Origin: a virus
Lineage: Duplodnaviria; Caudoviricetes
Length of the DNA: 64,000 nt
Virus record (IMG/VR): IMGVR_UViG_3300046539_000030
Location: 7,070 to 71,069 of that record
Reading direction: 5' to 3' (one strand)
Shown here: positions 24,916 through 35,041 of the stretch, in pieces
How the letters are laid out: each line of letters starts with the position of its first letter
Position numbering within the stretch: position 1 is the stretch's first letter
Position numbers and translations under genes: made by a program
The notes under the pieces: generated by a model
What the model was told of the DNA's origin: nothing
What the model saw: the letters and a program-made list of their open reading frames with translations, nothing else
The model's database searches: none

Positions 24916-26121
24916 ATGATGAAAGTAATAAACGACGAAGGTTCCCGCCCAATTAAGCTTTGGACGGATGACATCGAAGACGCTGCGCTCAAGCAGCTCA
25001 AGAATTTAGCACGCTTGCCGTTCATTGCCGGCAATGGTGTTGCCTGTATGCCGGACGTTCACGCGGGTATCGGTTCGACGGTCGGTACGGTCATTGCTAC
25101 GGAGAAGGCAATCATCCCTGCTGCCGTTGGTGTGGACATCGGTTGCGGTATGAACGCGGTTCGCTTGTCGCTTAAAGCTTCCGACCTGCCCGATTCGCTT
25201 TTGGTTATTCGCAATCAAATTGAGCGTGACGTGCCACTCGGTGCCGGTGGTCGACATCAGAATGACCTTGACGTTAGCTTAAAGTTCGCAAGACTTCCCC
25301 TGATGCAATATGCTGTACAGAAAACGCTCAGCGATGTTGCTGGTAGCTGGGAAAAGGCTGGAAAGAAAGCTGCTTGCCAGCTCGGCACGCTTGGTTCAGG
25401 CAACCATTTCATTGAACTGTGCATCGACGAGAACCAAGACGTGTGGGTTATGCTGCATTCTGGTTCGCGCGGTATTGGTAACATGATTGGCACCTACTTT
25501 ATCGAAAAAGCGAAGCGTCGCATGGAGCAGTATTTCATCACCTTGCCTGACGGTGACCTAGCGTACTTCCCGGAAAACACTGACGAGTTTAACGAGTATG
25601 TGGAAGCGGTCAGCTGGGCGCAGAACTACGCGCTGGAAAACCGCCGGTCGATGATGCAAGCTGTGCTATCTGCTTTGAGCCGGCATATTCCCGTTGAGTT
25701 TGCGGTCACCCATGAAGCTATCAACTGCCACCATAACTATGTTGAAAAAGAAAACCACTTCGGGCGCAATCTTTGGGTTACGCGAAAAGGCGCTATCCGC
25801 GCACGTGAGGGCGATCTGGGGATCATACCTGGATCAATGGGACAGCGTTCTTATATCGTACGTGGAAAAGGAAATGCAGAGTCGTATTGTTCATGCTCGC
25901 ATGGAGCTGGCCGGAAGATGTCACGATCGAAAGCGCGTAAAGTATTTACGATCGATGACCTTGCAAAGCAGACTGAAGGCGTGGAATGCCGCAAAGACGA
26001 CGCGGTCTTAGACGAGATCCCAGGCAGCTACAAGAACATCGACGAAGTCATGGCGAACCAGACCGACCTCGTTGAAGTTGTGCATATCCTGAAACAAGTG
26101 CTTTGCGTGAAGGGCGGTTAA
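24916..26121 (+). CDS. rtcB: RtcB RNA 3'-phosphate/5'-OH ligase
   Basis: MPDVHAG, VGVDIGCG, GTLGSGNHF, HSGSRG, HHNY, HGAGR, DEIPGSYK. Confidence 0.95.
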   Translation: MMKVINDEGSRPIKLWTDDIEDAALKQLKNLARLPFIAGNGVACMPDVHAGIGSTVGTVIATEKAIIPAAVGVDIGCGMNAVRLSLKASDLPDSLLVIRNQIERDVPLGAGGRHQNDLDVSLKFARLPLMQYAVQKTLSDVAGSWEKAGKKAACQLGTLGSGNHFIELCIDENQDVWVMLHSGSRGIGNMIGTYFIEKAKRRMEQYFITLPDGDLAYFPENTDEFNEYVEAVSWAQNYALENRRSMMQAVLSALSRHIPVEFAVTHEAINCHHNYVEKENHFGRNLWVTRKGAIRAREGDLGIIPGSMGQRSYIVRGKGNAESYCSCSHGAGRKMSRSKARKVFTIDDLAKQTEGVECRKDDAVLDEIPGSYKNIDEVMANQTDLVEVVHILKQVLCVKGG

Positions 26122-26122
26122 T

Positions 26123-26368
26123 ATGGCCACACATCCCGACGGCACAATGGACGTCATGGTCGATAGCAAACCTGAGCGGCGTAAGTTTCAGATGGTGATG
26201 CAAGCACTGATCATCCAAGCTGGTGAGGAGCGTCTAGGTTTTTACCGCGCAGAACCGGAGCTCAAAGAGAAGGAGGTCATCTGTTGGATAGTGGGTGACG
26301 AAGCTCCGCGAATCTTCACGAGCAAAGAACGCTACTCTGCTCTTCATAGTTATTTAAGGTTAGTGTGA
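26123..26368 (+). CDS. hypothetical protein
   Basis: 81 aa ORF in operon. Confidence 0.6.
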   Translation: MATHPDGTMDVMVDSKPERRKFQMVMQALIIQAGEERLGFYRAEPELKEKEVICWIVGDEAPRIFTSKERYSALHSYLRLV

Positions 26369-26553
26369 TGACTAAACCAATTCAATCCTGCAAGGTCTGC
26401 CACAAGAAGACCGCAGACGAATGCTCACATGTCGCTTGCCCAAACCGCAAGCCTGTCACAGCGCAGTTGCCTGAGGGTAACGAAGGTTACGGGACGACGG
26501 TTCCGCGCTGGCCGACAGGAAGCTTCCGCAAGACTCCTACTAGCAAGGACTAG
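26365..26553 (+). CDS. small Cys/His hypothetical protein
   Basis: CKVC..CSHVAC. Confidence 0.55.
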   Translation: MMTKPIQSCKVCHKKTADECSHVACPNRKPVTAQLPEGNEGYGTTVPRWPTGSFRKTPTSKD

Positions 26554-26555
26554 AA

Positions 26556-26774
26556 ATGATTAATGCAATTGTAGCCCGCACACTGGATGAAGCTTTGCAG
26601 GGTAAGTATGAATTCTTCATGGCGAAACGAAGGTTCCCGGACGCGTTCCTGTTTCACTCGAGCGACATGGCGAACCTACGGTCGGATCCAAAAGCAGCTC
26701 AGTTCTTCCAATACAACCCCGGCGAAGGTAAAGGCTGGGAACTTGATGGCACACCAGTCTATGTGAGGTACTGA
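26556..26774 (+). CDS. hypothetical protein
   Basis: 72 aa coupled ORF. Confidence 0.6.
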   Translation: MINAIVARTLDEALQGKYEFFMAKRRFPDAFLFHSSDMANLRSDPKAAQFFQYNPGEGKGWELDGTPVYVRY

Positions 26775-27733
26775 TGTTTAATGCACTTAAATTCTGCCAA
26801 GGTAGTGTGGCCAAAAAGGACTTCCTCCCGGCTCTTACGCACTTCGTAATTGAGCATGGACGCGTCCGCGGTTACAACGGGGTGATCGCATTGTGCAGCC
26901 CCATCCCCTTTGACATTGCTTGCAAGCCTCGGGCGGATAAGCTTATCAAAGCGATTGCAGCTTGCAAGGATACTGTTCAGCTTAGCTTGACGCCTACCGG
27001 CCGGCTAGCGGTTAAGAGCGGTAAGGCCAGGGTGTATGTGGACTGTGTTGAAGGTGACACCGCCCACGCAATGCCGGAGGGTGCATTCTTCCAGCTTAAT
27101 GGCGAAGCTCTGCTCGAGGGGTTAAAAGCAGTTGCGCCGTTCATAGGTGATGATGCTTCACGCCGCTGGGCCAATGGTGTGTTGGTGGAAAATCAAAGCG
27201 TCTTTGCGACCAATAATATCACACTGGTTCAGTATTGGGTGGGCTTTAACCTGCCTCGCTCGCTTGTGATACCTCGGGACGCTGTAAAGGAAATGCTCCG
27301 CATTGGTGAAGCACCAACCAGCGCACAGCTGGCGCAGAATAGCATCACCTTCCATTACGAGAACGATCGCTGGCTGCGCACTCAGCTTTATGATTCGGCA
27401 GCCTGGCCCAACCTGGCTAGCATTCTCGACACACCGTCAAGCCAGGGTGCAATTGAAGAGACTTGGAAAGAGGCCCTGGAAACAATCAAGCCCTTTGTCG
27501 ATAAGCTCGGTCGGGTCTTGTTTCAGCAGCAACGGATCGCTACACATGACAGCGACAGTGAAGGTGCGCAGTTTGACATGCCTGAGCTGATTGGTGTGGA
27601 TGGTATTTACAACATTGACATGTTGGAGCTTATCATCGGGGTTGCTAAAACAATTGACTGGAGCACATACCCCAGACCGTGCCTCTTCCAAGGTGGCAAA
27701 TTGCGCGGAGCCATTATCGGGATGCGCCCATGA
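26774..27733 (+). CDS. DNA polymerase III beta-clamp-like protein
   Basis: KKDFLPALTHF, ATNNITL, IPRDAV, C-terminal GAIIGMR; 319 aa; upstream of the polymerase. Confidence 0.7.
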   Translation: MFNALKFCQGSVAKKDFLPALTHFVIEHGRVRGYNGVIALCSPIPFDIACKPRADKLIKAIAACKDTVQLSLTPTGRLAVKSGKARVYVDCVEGDTAHAMPEGAFFQLNGEALLEGLKAVAPFIGDDASRRWANGVLVENQSVFATNNITLVQYWVGFNLPRSLVIPRDAVKEMLRIGEAPTSAQLAQNSITFHYENDRWLRTQLYDSAAWPNLASILDTPSSQGAIEETWKEALETIKPFVDKLGRVLFQQQRIATHDSDSEGAQFDMPELIGVDGIYNIDMLELIIGVAKTIDWSTYPRPCLFQGGKLRGAIIGMRP

Positions 27734-27906
27734 CGAACGATATAGTTAATCAGATTAATTCTTTGCTGCTTTATGATAAGCCTATCCCCGAAGCTTGGAA
27801 GGCTACGCTCAAGGAAGACGCAGACTCAAAATGTACCTCTTGTGATGGGTACGGCATTTTCTACGGAAATGTCTGTGTTTGCCATTGCGTTGAGGTTGAA
27901 GAATGA
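27730..27906 (+). CDS. small hypothetical protein
   Basis: CTSCDG...CVCHC; ATGA coupling. Confidence 0.5.
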   Translation: MTNDIVNQINSLLLYDKPIPEAWKATLKEDADSKCTSCDGYGIFYGNVCVCHCVEVEE

Positions 27907-28091
27907 ACCCGCTGCGCATAGCGAAAAAAGAGTTCACCTGCTATGACGGGCCTTGGGCTGGGCACATCCTTTTCCTGTCAACTGCCCCGACAGCTTATTT
28001 CAAAAGTAACGATGTAGTTGGCAGGTATGAGCTTGATCGGGTCAACAAAAGCTATCTAGTTTGGAAGGTGCAGCCCAATGCCAAGAGCTGA
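27903..28091 (+). CDS. small hypothetical protein
   Basis: 62 aa coupled ORF. Confidence 0.5.
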   Translation: MNPLRIAKKEFTCYDGPWAGHILFLSTAPTAYFKSNDVVGRYELDRVNKSYLVWKVQPNAKS

Positions 28092-30123
28092 TGCAATAGG
28101 TTTCTTTTGGCAGGACATTGCCAAAGTAAAGCCCCCGAAGGTTGAAAAGCCCAAGCGTGATCCACCCCCACGTTTCTGGGAAGCTCCGGACTACCTGCCT
28201 GGCTTGGAAGCAGCGCGCAACTTCAAGCCTGACCTCTACAACGACATGGAGCTTTGGCAAGCGCAGCAGTCCGCCGAACCCTTGCTGTTCGACGTTGAGG
28301 TTTATCCAAACTACTCGCTGATTGGTTTTAAGGGACTGCACAGCAGCAAGGTTGTTATCTTTGAAACCGACGACAATGGTTATTTCAACGAGCTCACGGA
28401 CATCCCGAAGCTGCGCTGGATATTACATAACTTTTGCATAATCAATTTCAACGGTCTCAAGTATGACTTTCCTGTGACCACACTACCTTTGGCCGGCTAC
28501 AGCTCTTTTGAAATGTGGGACGCCACTGACATGATAATCGGTCAGCGTATGCAGGCCAAGGAAGTCTATAAGAAGTACGGGACAACTAAACTAAACCTTA
28601 ATCAGATTGACCTTATTGAACTGACGGCGCTGCGGCCAGGTTTGAAGGTTTGCGCCGGGCGCTTGCATGCACCGCGTTTGCAGGATTTACCGTTCAAACC
28701 GGGCACTATACTCAGTGCAGACCAGAAATTGATTGTCCGCCGGTATTGGGTTAATGACCTGGACAATACCCGCATTCTTTATGAAAGCTTAACCGAGCAG
28801 ATCCACCTGCGTGAATCGCAAGGTTCAAAGTATGGTTTGGACTTACGCTCACATTCTGATGCACAAATGGCGGAAGCCATTATCGGTAGCGAGATTAGAA
28901 AAGCTACTGGGCAAAAACATATCCGGCGCACAGAAGTTGACCCGGATGCCCGCCTCAAATACAATATCCCGAGGCACGTCAAGTTTCAGACCCCGTTGCT
29001 GAATTGGGTCTTAGATATTATCCGGGATGCAGTCTTCACCATCAACCCGAAGGACGGGTCGGTAGTGATGCCAACAGTGCTTGCCGACCTCGTCATTAAG
29101 ATGGGTGAGTCCAAGTACAAGATTGGCATTGGCGGTTTGCACAGCCAGGAAAAGAGTATTGCGCATGTGACGGACGATGAGTTCCTCGTCATCGATACTG
29201 ATGCGACTTCGTATTACCCGTTCACCATCTTGAATGCGGGTCTTGTGCCGGAGAACCTCGGTCACATGTTCCTTATCGTATATGCTAAGGTTGTGAATGA
29301 GCGCGTCGGTGCAAAACTTAGCGGTGACAAGGTACTAGCAGAAGTGCTGAAGATTGTTGCCAACGGAACCTTCGGCAAGCTCGGGAGCATGTGGTCAATC
29401 ATGTATGCGCCACACCTAATGCTTCAAGTTACACTTACAGGTCAGTTATCCATTTTAATGTTAGCAGAAAGATTCGAACTCAATGGTATCCAAGTCACAT
29501 CAATCAATACTGACGGAATCGTCGTTAAGTGCCGCAGAAGTCTTGAACCGCTTTTCCACGCAATCGTTAAACAGTGGGAAGTCGACACTGGTTATTCAAC
29601 AGAGGAAACACGGTATAAGGCTACATATAGCAAAGATATTAACAATTACATCGCTGTTTATGAGACCCCGCAAAAAGGGGAGATCTTTAAGACAAAAGGG
29701 CTCTATGCCAAGACGTCGTCTAAAAAGAATGCTGTCAATGAGGTATGCATCACAGCTCTTAAAGCCTTATTAGAAAAGGGCACACCTGTCCCAGAGACCA
29801 TCCATGCCTGTAAGGATGTCCGCATGTTCACAACAATGCGGTTCGTTGACGGTGGCGCTGTAAAGATGGGCACAAACGGTGAACCCGATCAATACTTGGG
29901 CAAGCTTGTAAGGTGGTACTATGCAACAGGCGCAGAAGGGGAAATTATATCCTCGTTAAGTGGAAACAAGGTTGCGCGAAGTGACAATGCAAAGCCTTTG
30001 ATGGATCTTCCCGAAGCGTTCCCTACAGATATAAATTACGATTGGTATATCGAGGAGACTTACAAGATCCTCCAGAATATTGGTCACACACCGAAGCCAC
30101 CTAAGGAGTCTAAAAAGAAATGA
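28078..30123 (+). CDS. family B DNA polymerase with 3'-5' exonuclease
   Basis: FDVEVY (ExoI), FNGLKYD (ExoII), [21 protein letters not shown]. Confidence 0.9.
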   Translation: MPRADAIGFFWQDIAKVKPPKVEKPKRDPPPRFWEAPDYLPGLEAARNFKPDLYNDMELWQAQQSAEPLLFDVEVYPNYSLIGFKGLHSSKVVIFETDDNGYFNELTDIPKLRWILHNFCIINFNGLKYDFPVTTLPLAGYSSFEMWDATDMIIGQRMQAKEVYKKYGTTKLNLNQIDLIELTALRPGLKVCAGRLHAPRLQDLPFKPGTILSADQKLIVRRYWVNDLDNTRILYESLTEQIHLRESQGSKYGLDLRSHSDAQMAEAIIGSEIRKATGQKHIRRTEVDPDARLKYNIPRHVKFQTPLLNWVLDIIRDAVFTINPKDGSVVMPTVLADLVIKMGESKYKIGIGGLHSQEKSIAHVTDDEFLVIDTDATSYYPFTILNAGLVPENLGHMFLIVYAKVVNERVGAKLSGDKVLAEVLKIVANGTFGKLGSMWSIMYAPHLMLQVTLTGQLSILMLAERFELNGIQVTSINTDGIVVKCRRSLEPLFHAIVKQWEVDTGYSTEETRYKATYSKDINNYIAVYETPQKGEIFKTKGLYAKTSSKKNAVNEVCITALKALLEKGTPVPETIHACKDVRMFTTMRFVDGGAVKMGTNGEPDQYLGKLVRWYYATGAEGEIISSLSGNKVARSDNAKPLMDLPEAFPTDINYDWYIEETYKILQNIGHTPKPPKESKKK

Positions 30124-30740
30124 CCACACTATATGAAGTGCTAGGCGTCAACCACGATGCTACCGAAAGCGAAATCAAACGAGCTTACCGCAGCCTTGCG
30201 CAAAGGAATCATCCTGACAAGGGTGGTTCGCGCGAAGCTTTCCAAGCAATTCAAAAGGCGTACGATATTCTTAGCGACCCGGAGAAGCGTGCCCGCTATG
30301 ATGACACCGGGGAAGAGCCTAGCCAGGCTCCCCGCTTGCGGGACATTGCAATCCATGAACTTGCCAGTTTGCTTGCGCAGACAATGGCACGGTCGGACGT
30401 GGTCTATACAGATCTTGTGCTCACCATGATAAAGCAACTTGGCCAGCAAGTCCAGCAAACAGAGTCAAACCGCAAGGTTGCTCTAGCTGCCATTGCAAAG
30501 AACAATGAAGCAATCAAACGCATCGTTGCAAAAGGTGACGGCAACATCCTTGCAGCCCTGCTAGGCACAGCCAACGAAGCTGCCAACAATCAACTTAAAG
30601 AGTTGGATAACTTGCTCATGGTGTTGGCGGAGATGAAAAAGGTACTCGACGACTACGAGTATAAGATTGACGCGCGACCCTCGATGACAAGCGGAAGCAC
30701 CATCTTTGGAACTACTACTGGGACTTATTACACCCCTTAA
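30120..30740 (+). CDS. J-domain (DnaJ-like) protein
   Basis: LYEVLGV..EIKRAYR...[21 protein letters not shown]. Confidence 0.9.
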   Translation: MTTLYEVLGVNHDATESEIKRAYRSLAQRNHPDKGGSREAFQAIQKAYDILSDPEKRARYDDTGEEPSQAPRLRDIAIHELASLLAQTMARSDVVYTDLVLTMIKQLGQQVQQTESNRKVALAAIAKNNEAIKRIVAKGDGNILAALLGTANEAANNQLKELDNLLMVLAEMKKVLDDYEYKIDARPSMTSGSTIFGTTTGTYYTP

Positions 30741-30871
30741 TTAAAGCGCCGGCAAGCGGTTTAAGGGGTGCGGGTAGGGTTGCATACAGGGTGCGGCAAA
30801 CCAACAGCGCCGCACCCCTTTGCCGTGCTTGCTAGCTTACTTTGCTGGCGGGGTAGTAGCTTTAAAAAGGT
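30723..30871. other. GA/TC-free island E at the convergence of + and - gene blocks
   Basis: 149 nt with no GA or TC; 11 bp inverted repeat AAGGGGTGCGG/CCGCACCCCTT. Confidence 0.9.
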
Positions 30872-31106
30872 CGCTAGCTTTTAGCTTGGCAATCAAAGCT
30901 TCGAATGTTGGCCAGACATCGTCGAACGCATCAGCAACATCATTGTGCGCATCATACGCAGCCTTCAGTCCGATACGGACGATTTCCAGTTTCTGCACAC
31001 CAGGCAAATGGCCGGCAGCTTCTTCGATTGCTTTCATTGCTGTCAGGATGATTGGGATCATGCTGAAGATCAGCTTCACGGTTGCCAAGATTGTAGCAAA
31101 GTTCAT
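30837..31106 (-). CDS. hypothetical protein (lysis region)
   Basis: AAGGAG RBS before ATG 31106; amphipathic N-terminus. Confidence 0.65.
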   Translation of the reverse strand: MNFATILATVKLIFSMIPIILTAMKAIEEAAGHLPGVQKLEIVRIGLKAAYDAHNDVADAFDDVWPTFEALIAKLKASDLFKATTPPAK

Positions 31107-31162
31107 TTGAGACTCCTTAATTGAGGACACACTTTATTCCGATTACCACACCATCCAGCTCT

Positions 31163-31573
31163 TCAAGGTAAGTGTCCAGGGATATCGTTGAAGTTTGGCT
31201 GGTCGGATTCTTTTGGCTTGGCAGGCTCATCAACGGTAGCATCGACGGGCGGCAAGGATACTGCTTCAGTGTCGGTGGCTTGTTCAAGTGTTGGCACAGC
31301 AGTTCCCCCGGAAGGCAAGATGCTAATGTCTTTCGTGGTGGTGATATGAGTGAGCACCCAATTAACGACAGCAAAGATGCCGCCAGCAATGAGGGCAATA
31401 GTAGCATCATCCATTTGGATTTCATACTCTGTCCCCTTGAGCAGCTCAATGATCGTCACCAACAGTGCTGCCACGACTGGCTGACCAACAGCTTGAGCCT
31501 TCTTCCAAAACTCAGGATTGGCAACTTGACGGCCTGCATTGAGCAAGTCCCAGAATGCAAGTAGCTTTTTCAT
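31163..31573 (-). CDS. holin-like membrane protein
   Basis: Two hydrophobic segments; adjacent to the putative endolysin. Confidence 0.55.
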   Translation of the reverse strand: MKKLLAFWDLLNAGRQVANPEFWKKAQAVGQPVVAALLVTIIELLKGTEYEIQMDDATIALIAGGIFAVVNWVLTHITTTKDISILPSGGTAVPTLEQATDTEAVSLPPVDATVDEPAKPKESDQPNFNDIPGHLP

Positions 31574-32085
31574 CAGATTGCCTCTGGTGAGAAGTAGTTA
31601 GTGACGCCTGTAGCCTTGTCCCAGTTAGCGACCCATGTACTTGGATGCGGCTTGCCCGGACGCCATGCGTCGACGTATTGCAGCCAGCCTTGGTCGGCAG
31701 TTTGCGGAAGACCTTTTGGCAGAGTAAAAATGAGCAAGCGAGCAGCAATGGAGGCAACAATGTCTTGATAGCGCATTGCTTCCCATAAGCCTTGAGGTGT
31801 TGGTTCGACGTTGTAGTTGACACAAACGTCCTTCATGTGCTTTTCGACGCCAGGATGTGTCAGCACACCTTTGCACCCGCCACCTTTTTCGAACTGCCAG
31901 AAAGAAGCGGCAGGGCCTTCTTCTTTACCAGTTGCGAGGACTTGCCTGCGATGTGTCAAGCCGGACTCTTGCATTGCAATTGCCAGCATGAAGCGAGCAG
32001 CGTCACGGCTGAACCGAATGCCTCGAGTGTCTAACTCAGCTAATGCTGGGACGATAGCGGTTAATAATAAACGATCGGGGGTCAT
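31573..32085 (-). CDS. putative endolysin (lysozyme-like)
   Basis: LAIAMQES..GPAASFWQFE..YVDAWRPGKP; position among membrane genes after the tail block. Confidence 0.6.
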   Translation of the reverse strand: MTPDRLLLTAIVPALAELDTRGIRFSRDAARFMLAIAMQESGLTHRRQVLATGKEEGPAASFWQFEKGGGCKGVLTHPGVEKHMKDVCVNYNVEPTPQGLWEAMRYQDIVASIAARLLIFTLPKGLPQTADQGWLQYVDAWRPGKPHPSTWVANWDKATGVTNYFSPEAI

Positions 32086-32093
32086 GTTGGCTC

Positions 32094-32399
32094 CTACTTG
32101 CCAGCAGACCTGGAACGTTCCAGGCTATCTACACGAATTACCAGTCCTTCGATAGTTCGTTCAAGTGCAAAGTTTTTGTCCCTGACACTGTCAATACGGA
32201 TGTCCCGCTCGTCAAGACGCTTTTCAAGCTTTGCGTTACTGACGATCAATTGGTCAAGTTTGTTGGTCTGCTGGGCGATGCTCCACAAAGTGGTCACCAG
32301 CGTCATGAGGATAACTCCTGCTGCTGATAGGAGCCAAGTAAGTGGGATTCGCATGTCCACGATTTTTCGTTCTTCTGTTTCCATATTTATCTCCACCAT
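32094..32399 (-). CDS. single-TM coiled-coil protein (lysis accessory)
   Basis: N-terminal TM helix then coiled coil. Confidence 0.55.
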   Translation of the reverse strand: MVEINMETEERKIVDMRIPLTWLLSAAGVILMTLVTTLWSIAQQTNKLDQLIVSNAKLEKRLDERDIRIDSVRDKNFALERTIEGLVIRVDSLERSRSAGK

Positions 32400-32508
32400 G
32401 GAAGAGCCTTAAGATTAAATATACCGGAACGAAGAAGGGGAAGGAGGTTGCGACTTGGTGGAGTATAATGCACTTCCCGTTACTCCACCAAGCTCCACAT
32501 AATGTTAG

Positions 32509-33762
32509 TTAATAGCTTCTATACCATGTACTATTTGATGCACGGAATTTAAACGCGATTTCAGTGTTCGCTGCCAGATTAATTGTCCAGTTTCCAACTT
32601 CGCCTGACGCAGCTTGCACAATGAACGCCTGGATTGGCGCAACCGATATATACTTGACTATTTGATTGTCAGTGGGAGCGTCAGGCAATATGACTGTAGT
32701 CGAACCCGTACCCGGCGAAACATTGATGAACATTGGCGGCGGGTTGTTCAACAGTTCGTTGTATGTGCAACCGTGCCAAGAGCTAGGCACGATGCCGCCC
32801 GACCCGCGCCATGTGGACGTAGCCTTCAGAATCTTTGAATTGAACATGCCTGGAACCCACGAAGTTGGCCATTCATGATATGTTTCAAAGTCACCGTTTT
32901 GATAACCTGGACGTAAGTCCATGCCGCAGTCAACGACGAAGACGGCGTTGGCACGGTCGTCCGCACCGGCAGGGTTATCTTTAATCAGGCGGAATTCGCA
33001 AGAGACGGCAACTGCTCTCCAGTCCCAAGGATCGCCAATGTATCCCCCGTTGCCGTAACCGTGGTTGAACAGCTTGTCCCCGCCAGAAGTATAGCTAGGC
33101 TTGACAGAAATGCCGCCGCCGTTGGCATCGCTTTCACTTCGAGCATCGCCATCACCTGCGTATGTTGGTTCGAACGGGTACATCCATTCTTCAGGTGATG
33201 GTGCAGTCTTCCAGTCAAACTGCACCCATTGGCGGGTAGACTCGCTCATGTATTGAGTCACCAAGTTGCGGATTTGAACTCGGGTGTTGGTGGCAGTATG
33301 ACCGACGCCCTCCATACAGACAAACCAAGCCAAGCCCGAGTGGCACCATTCGAATTCGAACGGGCCATACGCGCTTTCGTACCATGACTCAACCGAATCG
33401 AGGCGCGTGCTGTCCATTGTCACATGCGTGTTAGCTTGCCAGTCAAAGCTCGCTTCCGGGATAGCAGCCTCGGAAGCCGTGCTTGTGGTCATGTGTTGAA
33501 CATACGTCACAATGTCATGCACGTTGTTCGGATCGACCGCTATTCCGTCACCAATGTGGTGGACGCTAGTAGTGCCAACAGGGGTTACATATGTTCCGCC
33601 CTCAGTAAGCGTGACATAGACGGTTACTTCTGGCGGAGGGGTTGTGACAACAGCGTCAGGATCAAGCGCGTTGACTTGTGCCTGCAACGTGGCGATCAGG
33701 TCGTCCATCTCGTTAAGCTTAGTGATGTAATCTTTTTGGTTGTGGCTGAATTTGGTTGACAT
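32509..33762 (-). CDS. tail fibre/receptor-binding protein
   Basis: N-terminal helical anchor, Trp-rich central beta domain, end of the tail block. Confidence 0.6.
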   Translation of the reverse strand: MSTKFSHNQKDYITKLNEMDDLIATLQAQVNALDPDAVVTTPPPEVTVYVTLTEGGTYVTPVGTTSVHHIGDGIAVDPNNVHDIVTYVQHMTTSTASEAAIPEASFDWQANTHVTMDSTRLDSVESWYESAYGPFEFEWCHSGLAWFVCMEGVGHTATNTRVQIRNLVTQYMSESTRQWVQFDWKTAPSPEEWMYPFEPTYAGDGDARSESDANGGGISVKPSYTSGGDKLFNHGYGNGGYIGDPWDWRAVAVSCEFRLIKDNPAGADDRANAVFVVDCGMDLRPGYQNGDFETYHEWPTSWVPGMFNSKILKATSTWRGSGGIVPSSWHGCTYNELLNNPPPMFINVSPGTGSTTVILPDAPTDNQIVKYISVAPIQAFIVQAASGEVGNWTINLAANTEIAFKFRASNSTWYRSY

Positions 33763-34595
33763 TATACTTCCTCGATTTCAATTTGAGTTGAGTGACGATT
33801 TGCAAACTGGTATGAGATAGCAGACTGCTTGCTTAACTTCCCGAACACTTGATAAATTTGTTCTCCTTCATCGTCGTCGCTTTCTGGCAGTATGCAGACA
33901 AAGAGTGGGGTGTGCTTGCCCACGCCGATAACAATGTTCCATAAATGGTTGCGATCGATGTTAGGCATTCCAGAAAGATTGAATGACAACGTTTTGCTGA
34001 TTGTACCACGATCAGTTTTTAGATCACCAGCATCATTGCGCTCGTTGCGGCTATTGTCATTTGCAGATACTGTCACACCATAGTCGGCGTTGACCTCAGG
34101 CGACCAATATGGCCCGATAACAAGGCGAGCTGATTCAACATAACCCGAAGTATTACTTAGGTCAACCATTTCAATAATAACCTTGCGGCAGGACACAGGC
34201 TCGAACCAAACTGTGCCGTATTTCCCGCCACCGTAACTGTATGTATTAACGCCAAACGGCTGCAAACCCCAATCAAGGTCACCTAGCGAAACGCCGGGGC
34301 AAGCGAGCACGTATCCCGAGTCGTAAGACGCAACGGTGTCATCAATATTAGTGTAGCAGCGGACACGCATTTGAGCGTCCGCGGTGAAATTGCAGAACGG
34401 TAGAGCAACCACGCCTATAATTTCATCGGTGGCCCATGTAGCTGTCAGCGAAGCAGTTGTGGAGGTACTGCGCCAAACTTCGGCTTTTGTCTGCGTGAGC
34501 AGGTTGATTGGGAATAGCGTGCCTGCACTCGTTGATGCGTTCAGCGATTGCACACGATTAACAACATTGTCATAAACTACTCTGAGGTTTGCCAT
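33762..34595 (-). CDS. tail tip protein
   Basis: 277 aa beta-rich ORF; GYVESARLVIGPYWSP. Confidence 0.6.
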   Translation of the reverse strand: MANLRVVYDNVVNRVQSLNASTSAGTLFPINLLTQTKAEVWRSTSTTASLTATWATDEIIGVVALPFCNFTADAQMRVRCYTNIDDTVASYDSGYVLACPGVSLGDLDWGLQPFGVNTYSYGGGKYGTVWFEPVSCRKVIIEMVDLSNTSGYVESARLVIGPYWSPEVNADYGVTVSANDNSRNERNDAGDLKTDRGTISKTLSFNLSGMPNIDRNHLWNIVIGVGKHTPLFVCILPESDDDEGEQIYQVFGKLSKQSAISYQFANRHSTQIEIEEV

Positions 34596-34597
34596 AT

Positions 34598-35041
34598 TTA
34601 TCCTTGGGGCTTAGATGGCCACACTACATTGGATGGGAAGCCTGGCTGCGTTGTCAAATCGCGCAAAGCTTGACGGTAATCTTTCCATACTTTGCCAACA
34701 GGCTGCCCTTGCTCTAACGACTTTAACGTGACCCAATCAGTCTCGGCTAGCAGCTTGTCGCGCTTTGTGCGCAGGGTGTTTTCAACCTCAACAATGCCGA
34801 CCCAGACTTGCCGCGTGTCGTCCCAAGTGTCCGTCGGGTTGGGCTTGGCGGCAGTGTGGTCAACAACTTCCATTGTGCCGAGGTCAAGCTTTTGTACGCG
34901 ACAATTGAACGTACCTTCGATCAAACCGAAACCTTGTTTCTCGTATGCCACCTTTTGGTTGTCAAGATGCTTCTCTTTAAAACTCAAAGTGTACGATAAA
35001 AAGGAACCTGTCAGAAGATCATATATGCTATAAGTTTTCAC
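34598..35041 (-). CDS. tail fibre assembly chaperone
   Basis: LRTKRDKLLAETDW...WKDYRQALRDLTTQPGFP..VVWP. Confidence 0.85.
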   Translation of the reverse strand: MKTYSIYDLLTGSFLSYTLSFKEKHLDNQKVAYEKQGFGLIEGTFNCRVQKLDLGTMEVVDHTAAKPNPTDTWDDTRQVWVGIVEVENTLRTKRDKLLAETDWVTLKSLEQGQPVGKVWKDYRQALRDLTTQPGFPSNVVWPSKPQG

